From Octopus vulgaris (taxonomy: Eukaryota), in contig OX597825.1 of assembly GCA_951406725.2 (NCBI GenBank), positions 79,732,001-79,796,000 on the forward strand: 64,000 bases of DNA. Reading direction: 5' to 3'. Made by a program: the position numbers and the translations under genes. Every line of letters starts with the position of its first letter. The stretch's first letter is position 1. Shown here piece after piece: positions 1 to 12,519 of the stretch. The notes under the pieces were generated by a model. That model was not told where the DNA came from. It was given only the letters and a program-made list of their open reading frames with translations, and ran no database searches.

Positions 1-200
1 GCGGCGAACTGGCGAAATGGTAGGCACACAGATAAAATGCTTCCTTCTCTCCGTTCTGAGTTCAAATTCCACCAAAGTCGGCTTCACCTTTCATCCTTTC
101 GGTTCGGTGTCCAAAAAGAAGCACCAGTTGAGCAGTGGGGCTGATATAATTGATTAACCCCTCAAAACTCCAGGCTTTGCACCTATAGGAGAAAGAAAGG
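1..200 (+). mobile_element. tRNA-derived SINE, family A (GGCGGCGAGCTGGCAG head; Octopus-type)
   Basis: A/B-box-like head (GTTCAAATTCC) and core CCTTTCATCCTTTCGG..AAGTACCAGTTGAGCA. Further copies at ~6438-6636(+), 6762-6960(-), 9925-10262(+), 21495-21760(-), 36930-37140(+), 46560-46760(-), 47500-47655(+), 63527-63710(+). Confidence 0.8.
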
Positions 201-644
201 GTTACTGGTATATTGACCCTCTCCAGATATGATATGATTTGACGGCCGTACTTCGGGTCCGAAGATCATGAGGAAGAAGAAATAAGCCCTTAAGTGACCC
301 TGTAATCCGATCCTTAAACCTTGGGGTACTTGGGGCAAATATCCTTGGTGAGGTGAGTGACGATTTCTTACATTAACCAAAGGATCATATATTTGCAAAG
401 ATGGACTGTAGTCGTTTGAATTTGAACGCTACACACAATCTACGTAAATGAGTGAAACTCACGAAGCAATAAAAGAATTTGTAAATAATTAATTGCGACA
501 GAAGCAGTAATTTAATGCCAAAAGGTAATATTTATCACCGCTTCAAAGTTGATGTTGTGTCAGAATACATAATAATACTGCGATAGTTACCATGAGAGAA
601 CCTCTCATATGGACTTGTGGTGTATATAAAAACACTCGTTGTTC

Positions 645-794
645 ATATCGCTAGCGGGAAATAATCCTCCCTCATCGCTAGCGGGAAATAATCCTCCCTC
701 ATCGCTACCGGGACTACCAGATCACATGGTTTCGACCTTCCTTCTTGACCTTGATGCCAATGGTAGATTGCCCGAAAGCAATCGCTAGCGATAT
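645..794. repeat. Small element with 12-bp terminal inverted repeats and an internal 27-bp tandem repeat
   Basis: ATATCGCTAGCG at 645-656 and CGCTAGCGATAT at 783-794. ATCGCTAGCGGGAAATAATCCTCCCTC units start at 647, 674 and (partial) 701. Confidence 0.55.
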
Positions 795-914
795 ACGTAG
801 ATAAGAAACTCAAGTGTACAATCAGGCACTGATGTCGCTAAATAGCCAATGGGCTTCAATTCCGTTAACTGTTGCTCTTTTCATTTACGGTGTTGTCTTT
901 TTTTCGATTTGCAG

Positions 915-1474
915 GATATCCCATTATAGTGCATACTGGAACAAACTGGGGGAATAATTTGGTGCTGACTTTGTTTCCTGAAGAAAAACTAGGAATTTTC
1001 GTTGCCCTTACTGGCTCAGATTTCCAAGCTTACAAAAGGACATTAGTAATGCAATATGTGGCTGATCTCTACCTTGGTAATGAACCCTGGATAAATGCGA
1101 GTTCCATCAAAGATTTCAAAGTCCCAAAATACAAACCAAGGTGTCCAAATCCACCTTCGAATGAAACAAACCGTTTTTACTTATTTGGAAGTCGGCCCAG
1201 CTATGAAGGAACCTACAGTAATTCTTTATGGGGAAATATTACCGTGACTAAGACCAAATCAGGAACTCTGCGATTCACATATGGTTTTGTAACATTCCAA
1301 TTAATTCCAAGCTCTAAAGCTTTTAGTTCGTTCACAGCAAAGGGAACTGGAGAAATGCGTTTCCTGAAACTGTCTTCGGTATATTTCGAAGTTTGCTCCA
1401 AAAGAGGGGTTGTAGCGATCACTGTTCCATCGTTCGAAAAGTTAATGCCACCGACATTTTGGAAAATAACTTAA
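915..1474 (+). CDS. Terminal exon of a beta-lactamase/serine-hydrolase-family protein with a C-terminal DUF3471-like domain (upstream exons outside window)
   Basis: Acceptor ttttcgatttgcag at 901-914. GYPIIVHTGTNWG contains the HTG triad motif, followed by LFPEEKLGIFV and YEGTYSNSLWGNITV. Stop TAA at 1472-1474. Confidence 0.75.
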
Positions 1475-1546
1475 AGAGAACGAAAATCAAAAACAGTATT
1501 TCATCGCAAACATTTCCGCTCCTCCACTTGATAATGACGACGATGA

Positions 1547-1622
<76 letters not shown>

Positions 1623-2119
1623 GCTGCTGCTGCTCGCATCTTTCGGAATTTGTTTATTAAAGTTAGCAGAACTTTTCGACTGTTCTGTTCTTCCGTATTA
1701 TTCAGGTGATTTATTTCTAAGCACGCTCGCTGGCACACATGCTATCACACGCACGCACACGAGCGCACAAACACTCACTTACACACACGTATCACATACA
1801 TACATTATATACATGCAATTTATTATGTCATACATTCTTTATACAGTACATACACGCATATATGACAAAATAAATTGCATACATTACACATATATATTAC
1901 ACACACACACTTATAAGACTCACACACACACACACATTTCATACAGAGATTCAGAAATGAAAATAAAAGCAAAAATTTTTTACAATAGTAATAAAAGGAT
2001 TTTTTGTAGTTATGTTGTTGTTGCTGTTGTTGTTGTTGTTGTTGTTTTTATGTTTCTTTCTAAGTCGACAGATCCTACCGTTCCCAACCAATCTTTATGC
2101 TTCAACGTCATCGTATATC

Positions 2120-2207
<88 letters not shown>

Positions 2208-2445
2208 GTATGTATGTATGTATGTATGTATGTATGTATGTATGTATGTATGTATGTATGTATGTATGTATGTATGTGGAATTTACAAAAAACCAAAGAC
2301 CAAGACAGGTGTGTAAACAACAAATAGGTGCATTAGTTTAACGCTCGGGAAGGTGAGAAAGTCTTTTACATTTCGAGCCTACGCTCTTTAGCAGAAAGGA
2401 ACACGAGTAAAAATAACTAGCGGTCAATCAGGTCGATGGTTGGGC

Positions 2446-2520
<75 letters not shown>

Positions 2521-2523
2521 TAT
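1547..2523. repeat. Microsatellite cluster: (CTA)n(CTG)n, (GTT)n, (TG)n(TATG)n, (TA)n
   Basis: Directly visible; explains the poly-L and poly-CV ORFs in the track. Confidence 0.95.
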
Positions 2524-2704
2524 AATAATAAATATTAGGGAATAAATCCAAATTTACAGGGAAAAAAATCAGATTTAGGATTAAATCCAATTTTATAGTA
2601 AAATATTATATAATATTAATTAGAGACAAAACCACTATTTTGCAAAACAAACAAGGAAAGACTTAATCAATACATAAAATTTTAATAAAAAGTAAAAAAA
2701 AACG

Positions 2705-2747
2705 CCACTACAATTGTTTCATGTCTTGAACGACAATCTTCAGGTGG
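2705..2747 (-). ncRNA. Minimal type-I hammerhead ribozyme motif (mirror copy)
   Basis: Reverse complement of 2801-2843. Confidence 0.7.
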
Positions 2748-2800
2748 ATTTCCGATTTTCAAATCAGTTTCAATTTGAAACTGATTTGAAAATCGGAAAT

Positions 2801-2843
2801 CCACCTGAAGATTGTCGTTCAAGACATGAAACAATTGTAGTGG
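2801..2843 (+). ncRNA. Minimal type-I hammerhead ribozyme motif
   Basis: CCAC-CTGAAGA-tTGTC(gttcaa)GACAt-GAAA-CAATTG-TA-GTGG. Stem I CCAC/GTGG, palindromic stem/loop III, GUA cleavage triplet. Confidence 0.75.
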
Positions 2844-2945
2844 CGGTTTTTTTAACTTTTTATTAAAATTTTATGTATTGATTAAGTCTTTCCTTGTTTG
2901 TTTTGCAAAATAGTGGTTTTGTCTCTAATTAATATTATATACATA

Positions 2946-2978
<33 letters not shown>

Positions 2979-3337
2979 GCGATGGGCTTCTTTCAGTTTC
3001 TGTCCACCAGATCCGCTCACATAGCTATAGCACGCACACTCACACACACACACACAGAGGCACCTCACACACACACACACATACACATGCATATGATAAA
3101 GGTGACTTATCTGTTCCACTGGCAGATTTGCGACGTTTTGTTGTTAATGAAGCCGTAATCATCGTCGAAGTCTTCTCAGCAAGCAATTCATTCTTAATAA
3201 TTCCCTGGAATCACAGATCCGCTTCGTTTTAATTCCATTCACTTTATAAGTTTTGTTTTGCTTTTGTTTTTTTAACAAGGGAACCGTTTTACATTATTTA
3301 CATTCGACGGATATTTGTCCTCATCTTGTTTGTTGTT

Positions 3338-3383
3338 AACGCAACGTTTCGGCTGATATACCCTCCAGCCTTCATCAGGTGTC
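3338..3383 (-). ncRNA. Minimal hammerhead ribozyme motif (inverted copy, CUGAUGA core)
   Basis: Reverse complement reads GACAC-CTGATGA-A-GGCTG..CAGCC-GAAA-CG-TT-GCGTT. Confidence 0.6.
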
Positions 3384-3512
3384 TTGGGGAAATTTCGAAC
3401 CTGGGTTAACCACTACGCCATATGCCCATGGGCATATGGCGTAGTGGTTAAGAGCGCGGGCTACTAACCCCGAGATTCCAAGTTCAATTCCAGACAGTGA
3501 CCTGAATAATAA

Positions 3513-3617
<105 letters not shown>

Positions 3618-3922
3618 GGTGCCCTGGGAATGATAGCAAAAGGGGCTGATTGCTACCTAGCTCAGATACTAGGAAACCCCAAAATGGCAGGAATTCAAAA
3701 GATAGTGCTCATGGGAACTGCTCATATCCTACGCAAAATACTTTCTATGTAATCTCAAGTTTTAAAGCAAACATAATTTTGTTATGGTTTCTTAATCATT
3801 CTCTAGAACAACACTATGTGCAAAACCAAATATATGGCACACTTCCAACTTGTTGTCTCTTGAGGTCTCTGGGTGAGACTTGGAGCCAACTTGCACAAAT
3901 GTAAAGCAAAAGTCAAACATAG
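3618..3922 (+). mobile_element. 5'-truncated R4/Dong-like (RLE) non-LTR retrotransposon 3' end inserted in (TAA)n
   Basis: 3618-3752 translates GALGMIAKGADCYLAQILGNPKMAGIQKIVLMGTAHILRKILSM*, a typical RLE-element C-terminus. Flanked by (TAA)n on both sides. Confidence 0.7.
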
Positions 3923-3995
3923 AATAATAATAATAATAATAATAACATCGAAAAATACCTTAAGAATGAGAACCCAGGTTCGAAATTTCCCTCAA

Positions 3996-4041
3996 GACAC
4001 CTGAAGAAGGCTGGAGGGTACATCAGCCGAAACGTTGTGTT
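3996..4041 (+). ncRNA. Minimal hammerhead ribozyme motif
   Basis: GACAC-CTGAAGA-A-GGCTG(gagggtacat)CAGCC-GAAA-CG-TT-GTGTT. Stems I and II pair; stem III is only possible as a dimer. Confidence 0.6.
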
Positions 4042-4591
4042 AACAACAAACAAGATGAGGACAAATATCCGTCGAATGTAAATAGTGTAAATAATGTACA
4101 TAATTCCTCATCTCTTAAATATAGAACAGGAACCGTTTTGTTTTGTTTTTTATCGATGGTTTTGTATTGTACCCCCAATAAGAAGGATTGTATCAAAGAA
4201 AACATGAGATCGAAGCCATTAACAGTTCATTCCGTCTCCCCCTCTCTCCCCCCTCTTCCTTTGTTGATCACATAAGCATTTAAATTGTCAGTAAGAATGC
4301 GGGAGTCGATTCAGTTGAGGCGATTTTTCTAAACCTTCTCATCGAGATTCATCAGAAAAGAAACACAAAACAAGGATCCAATTATTATTCCAGAAAGATT
4401 CCGAAGACTTTAAGATTCGAGTGAAATAATTCTTTTTCTTCTTTTTTTTTCTTCTTTTTTTTTCCTGTAAGAATTCATTTCTAACACCACGTTGTATATA
4501 TTGCGGAATTTTGTTTTGTTTGTTTTTTTTACAGACAAAGCTAAGTATCTTTTTATTGCGTCCAGTATTCAAATCACTTCTCAAGATTGAA

Positions 4592-4599
4592 TGACGTCA
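4592..4599. promoter_or_regulatory. Perfect CRE (TGACGTCA) ~220 bp upstream of the KLHL10-like ATG
   Basis: Palindromic CRE nested inside TCAAGAT...ATCTTGA (4581-4605). Function is inferred only. Confidence 0.4.
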
Positions 4600-4813
4600 T
4601 CTTGAATTGTTTGCCGATTGCAAGCAGCACGAACATCCGAGCGATAACTGAAATCTCTGAATTAACAAATAGGATACAAAGAAGGGGGTGTTTATATATT
4701 TCGTTGATGACAACAAGCGGTTGCAACATTAGAAAGAGAGAAAATACTCCTTTTTAAAACAAAAATAATAATCCCTCTCTAAATAATTATATTTAGTTAT
4801 ATCTAACTAACAA

Positions 4814-5798
4814 ATGTATTCAAACTCAACGGATCTTAAATTTTCGAATGAGACTACAAAAGTTTCCTTGCAGAATAAAATTGGTGCAGAAGCCTGCAAC
4901 GTACTAATGGAATTACGTAACACGGGTCAACTATGTGATGCAGTGATCAAGGTAGACGAAGAGTCTTTCATGATACATCGCGCCATCTTATCTGCTTGTA
5001 GTCCCTATTTCCGAGTGTTGTTCACAAATGAAAAATTCGAGATAAACCGTCAAGAAGTCACCATAACTGACATCACAGTCGACATAATGCGATCCATTAT
5101 TCAGTATGCTTATACTCAGGATTGCTGTATTAACCATAACAATGTCAAATCTCTCCTCGTTGCGGCTGATTACTTCAATATCATAGGTTTACTAAGAATA
5201 TGTTCTGAATATCTCATATCGCAATTAAACTCACACAACTGTATTGGAATTGAGAAATTCGCTCAGACATATTTCTGTCAAGAACTTCAACAGGTCGCCC
5301 ATAGATATCTGATGGTGAATTTCAGTGAAGTCTACAAAATTTCCAATGAGTTCTTGCAGTTGAATGTGGATAATGTCTGCGAAATATTCGCTTCAGACGA
5401 ACTCAATGTTAGAAGTGAAGAGATAACCTTTAATGCCATCGTTAGATGGGTAGACCATGACCCAGGCAGTCGTGTAGCACACATAGGCCAGTTATTGCAG
5501 ACGATGCGATTAGGCCTTCTGTCTACCGAATACTTCGTCGAGAAGGTGAAAAGTCACGAATATATAAAAGACAATACAAGTTGCAAACCGGTCGTTATCG
5601 AAACTCTGAAATTTCTCTGCAACCTCGACGTAGAGAAAGAACTAAAAATAAACAAGAATAATCATATAACACGTCCAAGGCTTCCGCATGATATTCTCTT
5701 TATATTCGGCGGCTGGAGTGGAAATAGTACAACTAACATAATTGAGACTTATGACTCGCGGGCCGATCTGTGGGTGAAAAATACCAATATTAAATCTG
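4814..5798 (+). CDS. KLHL10: Kelch-like protein 10-like, exon 1 (BTB, BACK and start of Kelch)
   Basis: LCDAVIKVDEESFMIHRAILSACSPYFRVLF (BTB), BACK domain, RPRLPHDILFIFGGWSG. Donor G|GTAGGT, phase 1. Confidence 0.85.
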
Positions 5799-6043
5799 GT
5801 AGGTACTGAATTCAAAATCAAAGAGGGTTTTTTTTTAACCGCAACTCTCCATTGCTCATTATTCTTCATTTGATATTAATTTTACCTTCATTTACTAGTA
5901 AGAGAGATTACTAAGGCCGACGATTTGTAGCAATTTCGAGGGTTTTAATTGCGTGTTGTTTAAAGTTAGAAATAAGATGCAAGGCTGTTTCATTGATATG
6001 AGAGAATCAGATCTCTGTCTTAAAAAACAACAACAAAAACTCC

Positions 6044-6199
6044 ATGGTGAATTTCAGGGAAGTCTACAAAGTTTTAAATGAGTTCTTGAGTGTAAATAAT
6101 ATCAGCTAAACTCAATGTTAGAAGTGTAGAGATGATAATCTTTAATATACCATCGATAGATGGGTGGATCTTGACCCAGACAATCGTGTAAAACACATA
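6044..6199 (+). pseudogene. Degenerate intronic duplicate of part of KLHL10 exon 1 (BACK region)
   Basis: ATGGTGAATTTCAGGGAAGTCTACAAAG..ACTCAATGTTAGAAGTG..AGATGGGTGGATCTTGACCCAGACAATCGTGTA aligns with 5312-5485, with indels. Confidence 0.8.
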
Positions 6200-7385
6200 C
6201 ACCAATTCAGAGTCGATGCTCAACCTAACCTAGCTTTGCTCTTATTTCGTCCTTACAATGGACAAGAAAATAAAAACCAGAATGATGTCGCTTTCGTAGC
6301 AATCAACTGCTACTTACCATTTTCAACCTGTCTCTTTACTGTTGCAAGTATATCTGTGTGACTATAAGTGCGCGCAGTTTTGGTTGTCTGTAGGCAGTTT
6401 GCTTAACAACTGCGTATTGTTAACTTCAACATCTTAGAGCGGCAAACTAGCAGAATGGTTAGCACGCCAGACAATACGTGAAGTGCCATTTCGTCCAAAT
6501 TTACATTCAAGTTCCACTGAGGTCGATTTTACCATTCATCCTTTCGGGGTCGATGAAATAAGTATCATTTGAGCACCGGGATCGATGTAATCGACCGGCT
6601 TCTCTAGCCTTGTGCCTATAGTATAAAGGATTATTAAACTACGTCCCTTTACAGGATTATTCAGCAGATTTAAAAGTGCTGCCTTAATAAAGCGTTACCA
6701 AGGGCGGACCGCCCCCTCGCCGGCCCCCAACTATGCTACTAACGCGACAACTAGGTCTTCTAATTTCTTTATTGCCCACAAGGGGCTAAACATATAGGAG
6801 ACAAACAAGGACAAACAAATGGATTAAGTCGATTACATCGACCCCAGTGCATAACTGGTACTTATTTAATCGACCCCGAAAGGAGGAAAGGCTAAGTTGA
6901 CCTCGGTGGAATTTGAACTCAGAACGTAACGGCAGAGGAAATACCACTAAGCATTTCGCCTCGAGTCTACCAGTGTCTTATCAGCGAAATTTAATAGATG
7001 GAAACTGTGTGGAAGCCTGAGGGAGCACCCTTCCTGTTTTTAAGGTGGTTGAACCCATTACCCTTTTTAATGCCACCCCCTGATCTTTGGGTTTTCTCAA
7101 GCAGAATCCGCTTTATTGCAAGCACCTATAGCACAATATCTTTCTCCCTTGAAAAGGGGCCACAGGGACGGGAGAGTCCCTGTCTTTCCCTCTTCCTCTT
7201 TTGACTAAAGTCTTTAAAAAAAGTGAAGCGGTGATTACGAACTCAAGTAGGGATTAAGATCTTAGCCGAAATATAATTACCTTCTGAAGCACTTTAATCC
7301 GCAATGATGATAATCCAGTCGGGTTTCATTGCAGACACTGTGAGAAGAAGATGCGGACGGGCTTGATGCTGTTCTATGCTGTCCT

Positions 7386-7388
7386 ACG

Positions 7389-7427
<39 letters not shown>

Positions 7428-7734
7428 GCACGCACACACACACACACACACACACAAAGCACGGTGGTAGTCGTTGGTGGCAGCGACGACGACAACCACG
7501 ATCATTCGACGACGACGACGATGATGATGATGATGATGATGATGACGATGATGATTCGATGATGATGATGATGACGATGATGATTCGATGATGATGATGA
7601 TGACGATGATGATGATGATGATGATGATTCGATGATGATGATGATGACGATGATGATTCGATGATGATGATGATGACGATGATGATGATGATGATGATGA
7701 TTCGATGATGATGATGATGACGATGATGATTCGG

Positions 7735-7769
<35 letters not shown>

Positions 7770-7800
7770 CGATGACGACGACGACGACGACGACGATGAC

Positions 7801-7859
<59 letters not shown>

Positions 7860-7897
7860 CGATGATAATTCGACGACGATGATGATGATGATGATTC

Positions 7898-7952
<55 letters not shown>

Positions 7953-8517
7953 CGATGATGACGACGACGACGACGACGACGACGATGATGATGATGACGA
8001 TGATGATTCGACAACGACGATGATGATGACACATCATTTTCACATAGTGTTGCACATCATTTTCAACAACTAAATCTTGTATGGACCCTTAAGGGTCATG
8101 TCGACCCTGGTTGAGAACAACTGAGTACATTATTTTGAGTTATCTTTCCTCTTTTATGAGGTAAGGTATGGTTAGGAGATTTTTGACTGCTATTTCAGGT
8201 AGGTTGAGCGATCGCATTGAAACTCCATTGCTGGCTCCAAATTGAGCAGCGGGGGATTTGGAACCAGGGGAAGAAGGATTGAAAAAGAGGGGAAAAAACC
8301 CAGTTTATTTTGAGATCTGAAACTCAGAACAGATGTTGGCAGTTGTTGAGTTGTTTTGATTGTTGATGTTGATATTGTTGTTGATGTTCTTGTCAGCCCT
8401 GGTCAAACCAATGTTTTCTTTCTTTGGCTCCCCTCTCGAGTTTCAGTTGTTGAGCAAGGGATCCCTGGCTTAGGGTCTACGGACTGCTAGGAATTCTTAA
8501 GAGTTTAACTTCCTAAT

Positions 8518-8579
<62 letters not shown>

Positions 8580-8580
8580 C

Positions 8581-8661
<81 letters not shown>

Positions 8662-8723
8662 GGATGGATGGATGGATGGATGGATGGATGGATGGATGGA
8701 TGGATAGATAGATAGATAGATAT

Positions 8724-8769
<46 letters not shown>

Positions 8770-8822
8770 GGATGGATGGATGGATGGATGGATGGATGGA
8801 TGGATGGATGGATGGATGGATG

Positions 8823-8902
<80 letters not shown>

Positions 8903-8905
8903 TGT
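7386..8905. repeat. Compound microsatellites: (CA)n, (GAT/GAC)n with TTC punctuation (7484-8030), (GATA)n/(GGAT)n (8580-8900)
   Basis: Directly visible. Confidence 0.95.
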
Positions 8906-8962
8906 ATATATGTATATCTATAAGTTGTCTATGAGCTGATGCCCTACTCTCTCTTGTTGTAG

Positions 8963-9110
8963 ATTTCCGAGCGTATCATGGTACCTGTGTTTTGGACCAA
9001 CTGATTTACATCATCGGTGGCTTTGACGGTACAGAATATTTCAACAGCGTTCGTTGTTTTGATCCCATCAAGCAAGTTTGGTCAGAAGCTGCTCCAATGT
9101 ATACCAAACG
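8963..9110 (+). CDS. KLHL10: KLHL10-like exon 2
   Basis: tgtag| (D)[48 protein letters not shown](R) |gtaatg. Phases match neighbouring exons. Confidence 0.9.
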
Positions 9111-10904
9111 GTAATGTAGGTTCTGCATTTCTATATTAACACAACTCATTTCGTCTACGCACCTTTTATTAATAATCAATTCATTTATTTCAATTTCGTT
9201 TTCTGTCTCTTTTTCAGTCAATTCAAAATATTATTGTCGGTTGAATTCAGTGACGGCACGTGTACATTCACTGCGGGACTGCAGCTCCCCCTATTTCCAC
9301 TCGATATTATCGATAACATTCAATGTAATGAGTCCTTTTTTTCTTTAATTCTTTCTTTATACTTGTACATTATATAATCCTTAAGCTTAATGCCAGTAGC
9401 CATCCCCGAGTTTATGAAAAAAACACAAAAATCCTTGGATAGAACTGTTCGCTTCACACTTCCAACCACGCGGTGTTTGGCTGTAGTGCGCATGCTCCCA
9501 TGTCCGAGATAGGAAGCTTCACACTAGGGAGAGACAGCACTGTCGTTCACGCAGTGTCAGGTGAAAGGTAGTGTTTCTTTTTGATTCCGAGTGTGTTGTA
9601 CTTGCAAACATGTTTATATTCTTGAGTGTCATAAAGTGTAGAATTAGATTATTATCCTGCTTCCAGCTTCAGTGTTGCTGCCAGGATTTGAAAAATAGGG
9701 GACATCCCTCCCCTTATTTTGTGATTTAGGGGGAATCTTTGAAAAGCAAGTGGGGAATTCGCGACGATGTTCAGTGAACAAATTAAACACACTTCCCAGC
9801 AGCGGCTAAAACGCGAATCGAACAAGTTTATGTATAAACATTCTTATTATTTCTTTCTTTCCTTTGACACAATATTAAAACAACGGCTAAAAAATTTCCT
9901 GAAGAAGCATTTCCACTAATTTTATCTACGAGCTGCCACTGGTTGAATTATTGCCGAGGTCGACTTTGCCTTTTATCCTTTCGGGGTCGATTAAATAAGT
10001 ACCAGTTACGCACCAGGGTCGATATAATTGACTTAATCCGTTTGTCTGTCCTTGTTTGTCCTCACTGTGTTTAGCCCCTTGTGGGTAGTAAAGAAATAGG
10101 TATTTCATCTGTCTTTACGTTCTGAGTTCAAATTCCGCCGAGGTTGACTTTGCCTTTCATCCTTTCAAGTTCGATAAATTAAGTACCAGTTGCGAACTGG
10201 GGCAGTCTAATCGATTGACCCTCTCCCCAAAAGTTTCGGGCCTTGTGCCTAGAGTAGAAAGGAATATATATATGTAATCTTGTTTCAGTCATTAGACTGC
10301 GGCCATGTTGGGGCACTGCCTTGATGGGTTTTAGTCGAACAAATCGATTCTGGCACATATTTCTTTTTTTTTTCTCTTTTTATCCCGGTACTTGTACTAT
10401 CGGGCTCTTTTGCCGAACTGCAAGGTTACAGGAACATAAACAAACCAACACTGGTTGCCAAGTGCCTGGCTAGGGGACAAACAGATACACAATGACAAAC
10501 ACCCAAAGATGTATATAAAAGTATATACGACGGGCTTCTTTCAGTTTCCGTCTATCAAATCCACTCACAACGCTATGGTCAGCCCGGGGCTATAGTAGAA
10601 GGTACTTGGCCAAGGAGTCACGCAAATGAAGGCTCACAATCGTAAGATCGTGAGTTCGCTTCCCGACGGCGCGTTGTGTCCTTGAGCAAGACTCTTCATT
10701 TCACGTTGCTCCTGAGCACTCAGCTGGCAAAAATGAGTTGTACCTGTAATTCAATGGGACAGGCTTATCTCATTCTGTATCATGCTGAATCTCCCTGAGA
10801 ACTACTTTAAAGGGTACACGTGTCTGTGGAGTACTCAGCCACTTGCGCGTTAATTTCACGAGCAGGTCGATCGGTTCAACTGGAACCCTCGTCGATCATA
10901 TAAT

Positions 10905-11508
10905 AATATAAATAATATATAAATAGATGCATATATACATATATGTACATAATATATAAATATATGCATGTATACATACATATATAAATACGTATATGCA
11001 CATACTTATATACATACATATATGCATATATACATACATATATGTACATAAATATAAATATATGCATATATACATACATATATGTACATAATATATAAAT
11101 ATATGCATGTATACATACATATATTCATACGTATATGCATATATATATATACATACATACATATATGCATATATACATACATATATGTACATAAATATAA
11201 ATATATGCATATATACATACATATATGTACATAATATAAAAATATATGCATGTATACATACATATATTCATACGTATATGCATATATATATATATATACA
11301 TACATACATATATGCATATATACATACATATATGTACATAAATATAAATATATGCATATATACATACATATATGTACATAATATAAAAATATATGCATGT
11401 ATACATACATATATACATACGTATATGCATATATATATATACATATATGCATATATACATACACATATGTACATACCTACATATATATGTATATATACAT
11501 GCATATAT
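10905..11508. repeat. AT-rich higher-order minisatellite (~140-147 bp unit, ~4 copies)
   Basis: TATGTACATAATATA(T/A)AAATATATGCATGTATAC recurs at ~10942, 11081, 11224 and 11371. Confidence 0.7.
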
Positions 11509-11522
11509 GGGTACAGGACATC

Positions 11523-11840
11523 AAAAAATGTGGACAGAATGAGAAATGAGAACATAAAAAACAAAAACAGAAAACGAACTTTTTTTTCGAACAACGAAAG
11601 AACAAACAGAGAAACGCGACATGCAACATAAAGAGCATTCCCTTCATCAGTTGTCCCCTGTTTTATCTACTCCGCGTTCCGAAAGTAAGGAGTAGATAAA
11701 ACAGGGGACAACTGATGAAGGGAATGCTCTTTATGTGGCATGTCGCGTTTCTCTGTTTATTTTTTTCGTTGTTCGAAAAAAAAGTTCGTTTTCTGTTTTT
11801 GTTTTTTATGTTCTCATTTCTCATTCTATCTACTTTTTTT
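11523..11840. mobile_element. Fold-back element (150-bp arms, 15-nt loop) in (TA)n
   Basis: Arms 11523-11673 and 11689-11840 are reverse complements with a few mismatches. CTGATGA at 11712-11718. Confidence 0.7.
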
Positions 11841-12100
11841 ATGCATATATGTATGTATATATATATATATATATATGTAAACAGTAAAAAATAAATACAG
11901 ACATGGACAAGAACATGAAACACCAAAGAGACGACACAAGAACCACAGGACGGGACATTCGAAGCCCTCAGTCATCAGTCATACATATATATATATATAT
12001 ATATATAAAATATTATTAGAGACAAAACCACTATTTTGCAAAACAAACAAGGAAAGACTTAATCAATACATAAAATTTTAATAAATAGTCAAAAAAACCG

Positions 12101-12143
12101 CCACTACAATTGTTTCTTGTCTTGATCGACAATCTTCAGGTGG
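12101..12143 (-). ncRNA. Minimal hammerhead ribozyme motif (mirror copy)
   Basis: Reverse complement of 12197-12239. Confidence 0.7.
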
Positions 12144-12196
12144 ACTTCCAATAAGTCAGTTTCAAATTCATAATTTGAAACTGACTTATTGGAAGT

Positions 12197-12239
12197 CCAC
12201 CTGAAGATTGTCGATCAAGACAAGAAACAATTGTAGTGG
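12197..12239 (+). ncRNA. Minimal type-I hammerhead ribozyme motif
   Basis: CCAC-CTGAAGA-TTGTC(gatcaa)GACAA-GAAA-CAATTG-TA-GTGG; all stems pair. Confidence 0.8.
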
Positions 12240-12418
12240 CGGTTTTTTTGACTATTTATTAAAATTTTATGTATTGATTAAGTCTTTCCTTGTTTGTTTT
12301 GCAAAATAGTGGTTTTGTCTCTAATAATATTTTATAATATTTTACTATAAAATTGGATTTAATCCTAAATCTGATTTTTTCCCTGTAAATTTGGATTTAT
12401 TCCCTAATATTTATATTT

Positions 12419-12519
<101 letters not shown>

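Larger units (their letters stand above)
2523..2940. mobile_element. Fold-back non-autonomous element (Penelope-like pLTR type) in (TA)n, with a hammerhead in each arm
   Basis: Near-perfect palindrome ~2608-2940 centred on 2774, plus an unpaired tail at 2523-2607. (TA)n on both flanks. Same family as 12004-12422. Confidence 0.8.

Noticed and set aside
183-398. 71-aa minus-strand ORF
   Set aside because: No recognisable motif or splice context.
1393-2341. 307-aa and overlapping ORFs
   Set aside because: Translations of (CTA/CTG), (GTT), (TG) and (TATG) microsatellites.
3429-3505. Possible tRNA gene
   Set aside because: No proper acceptor stem or oligo-T terminator; it is the head of a TSD-flanked SINE.
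7376-8055. Poly-His/Ser/Asp ORFs
   Set aside because: (GAT)n microsatellite inside the KLHL10 intron.
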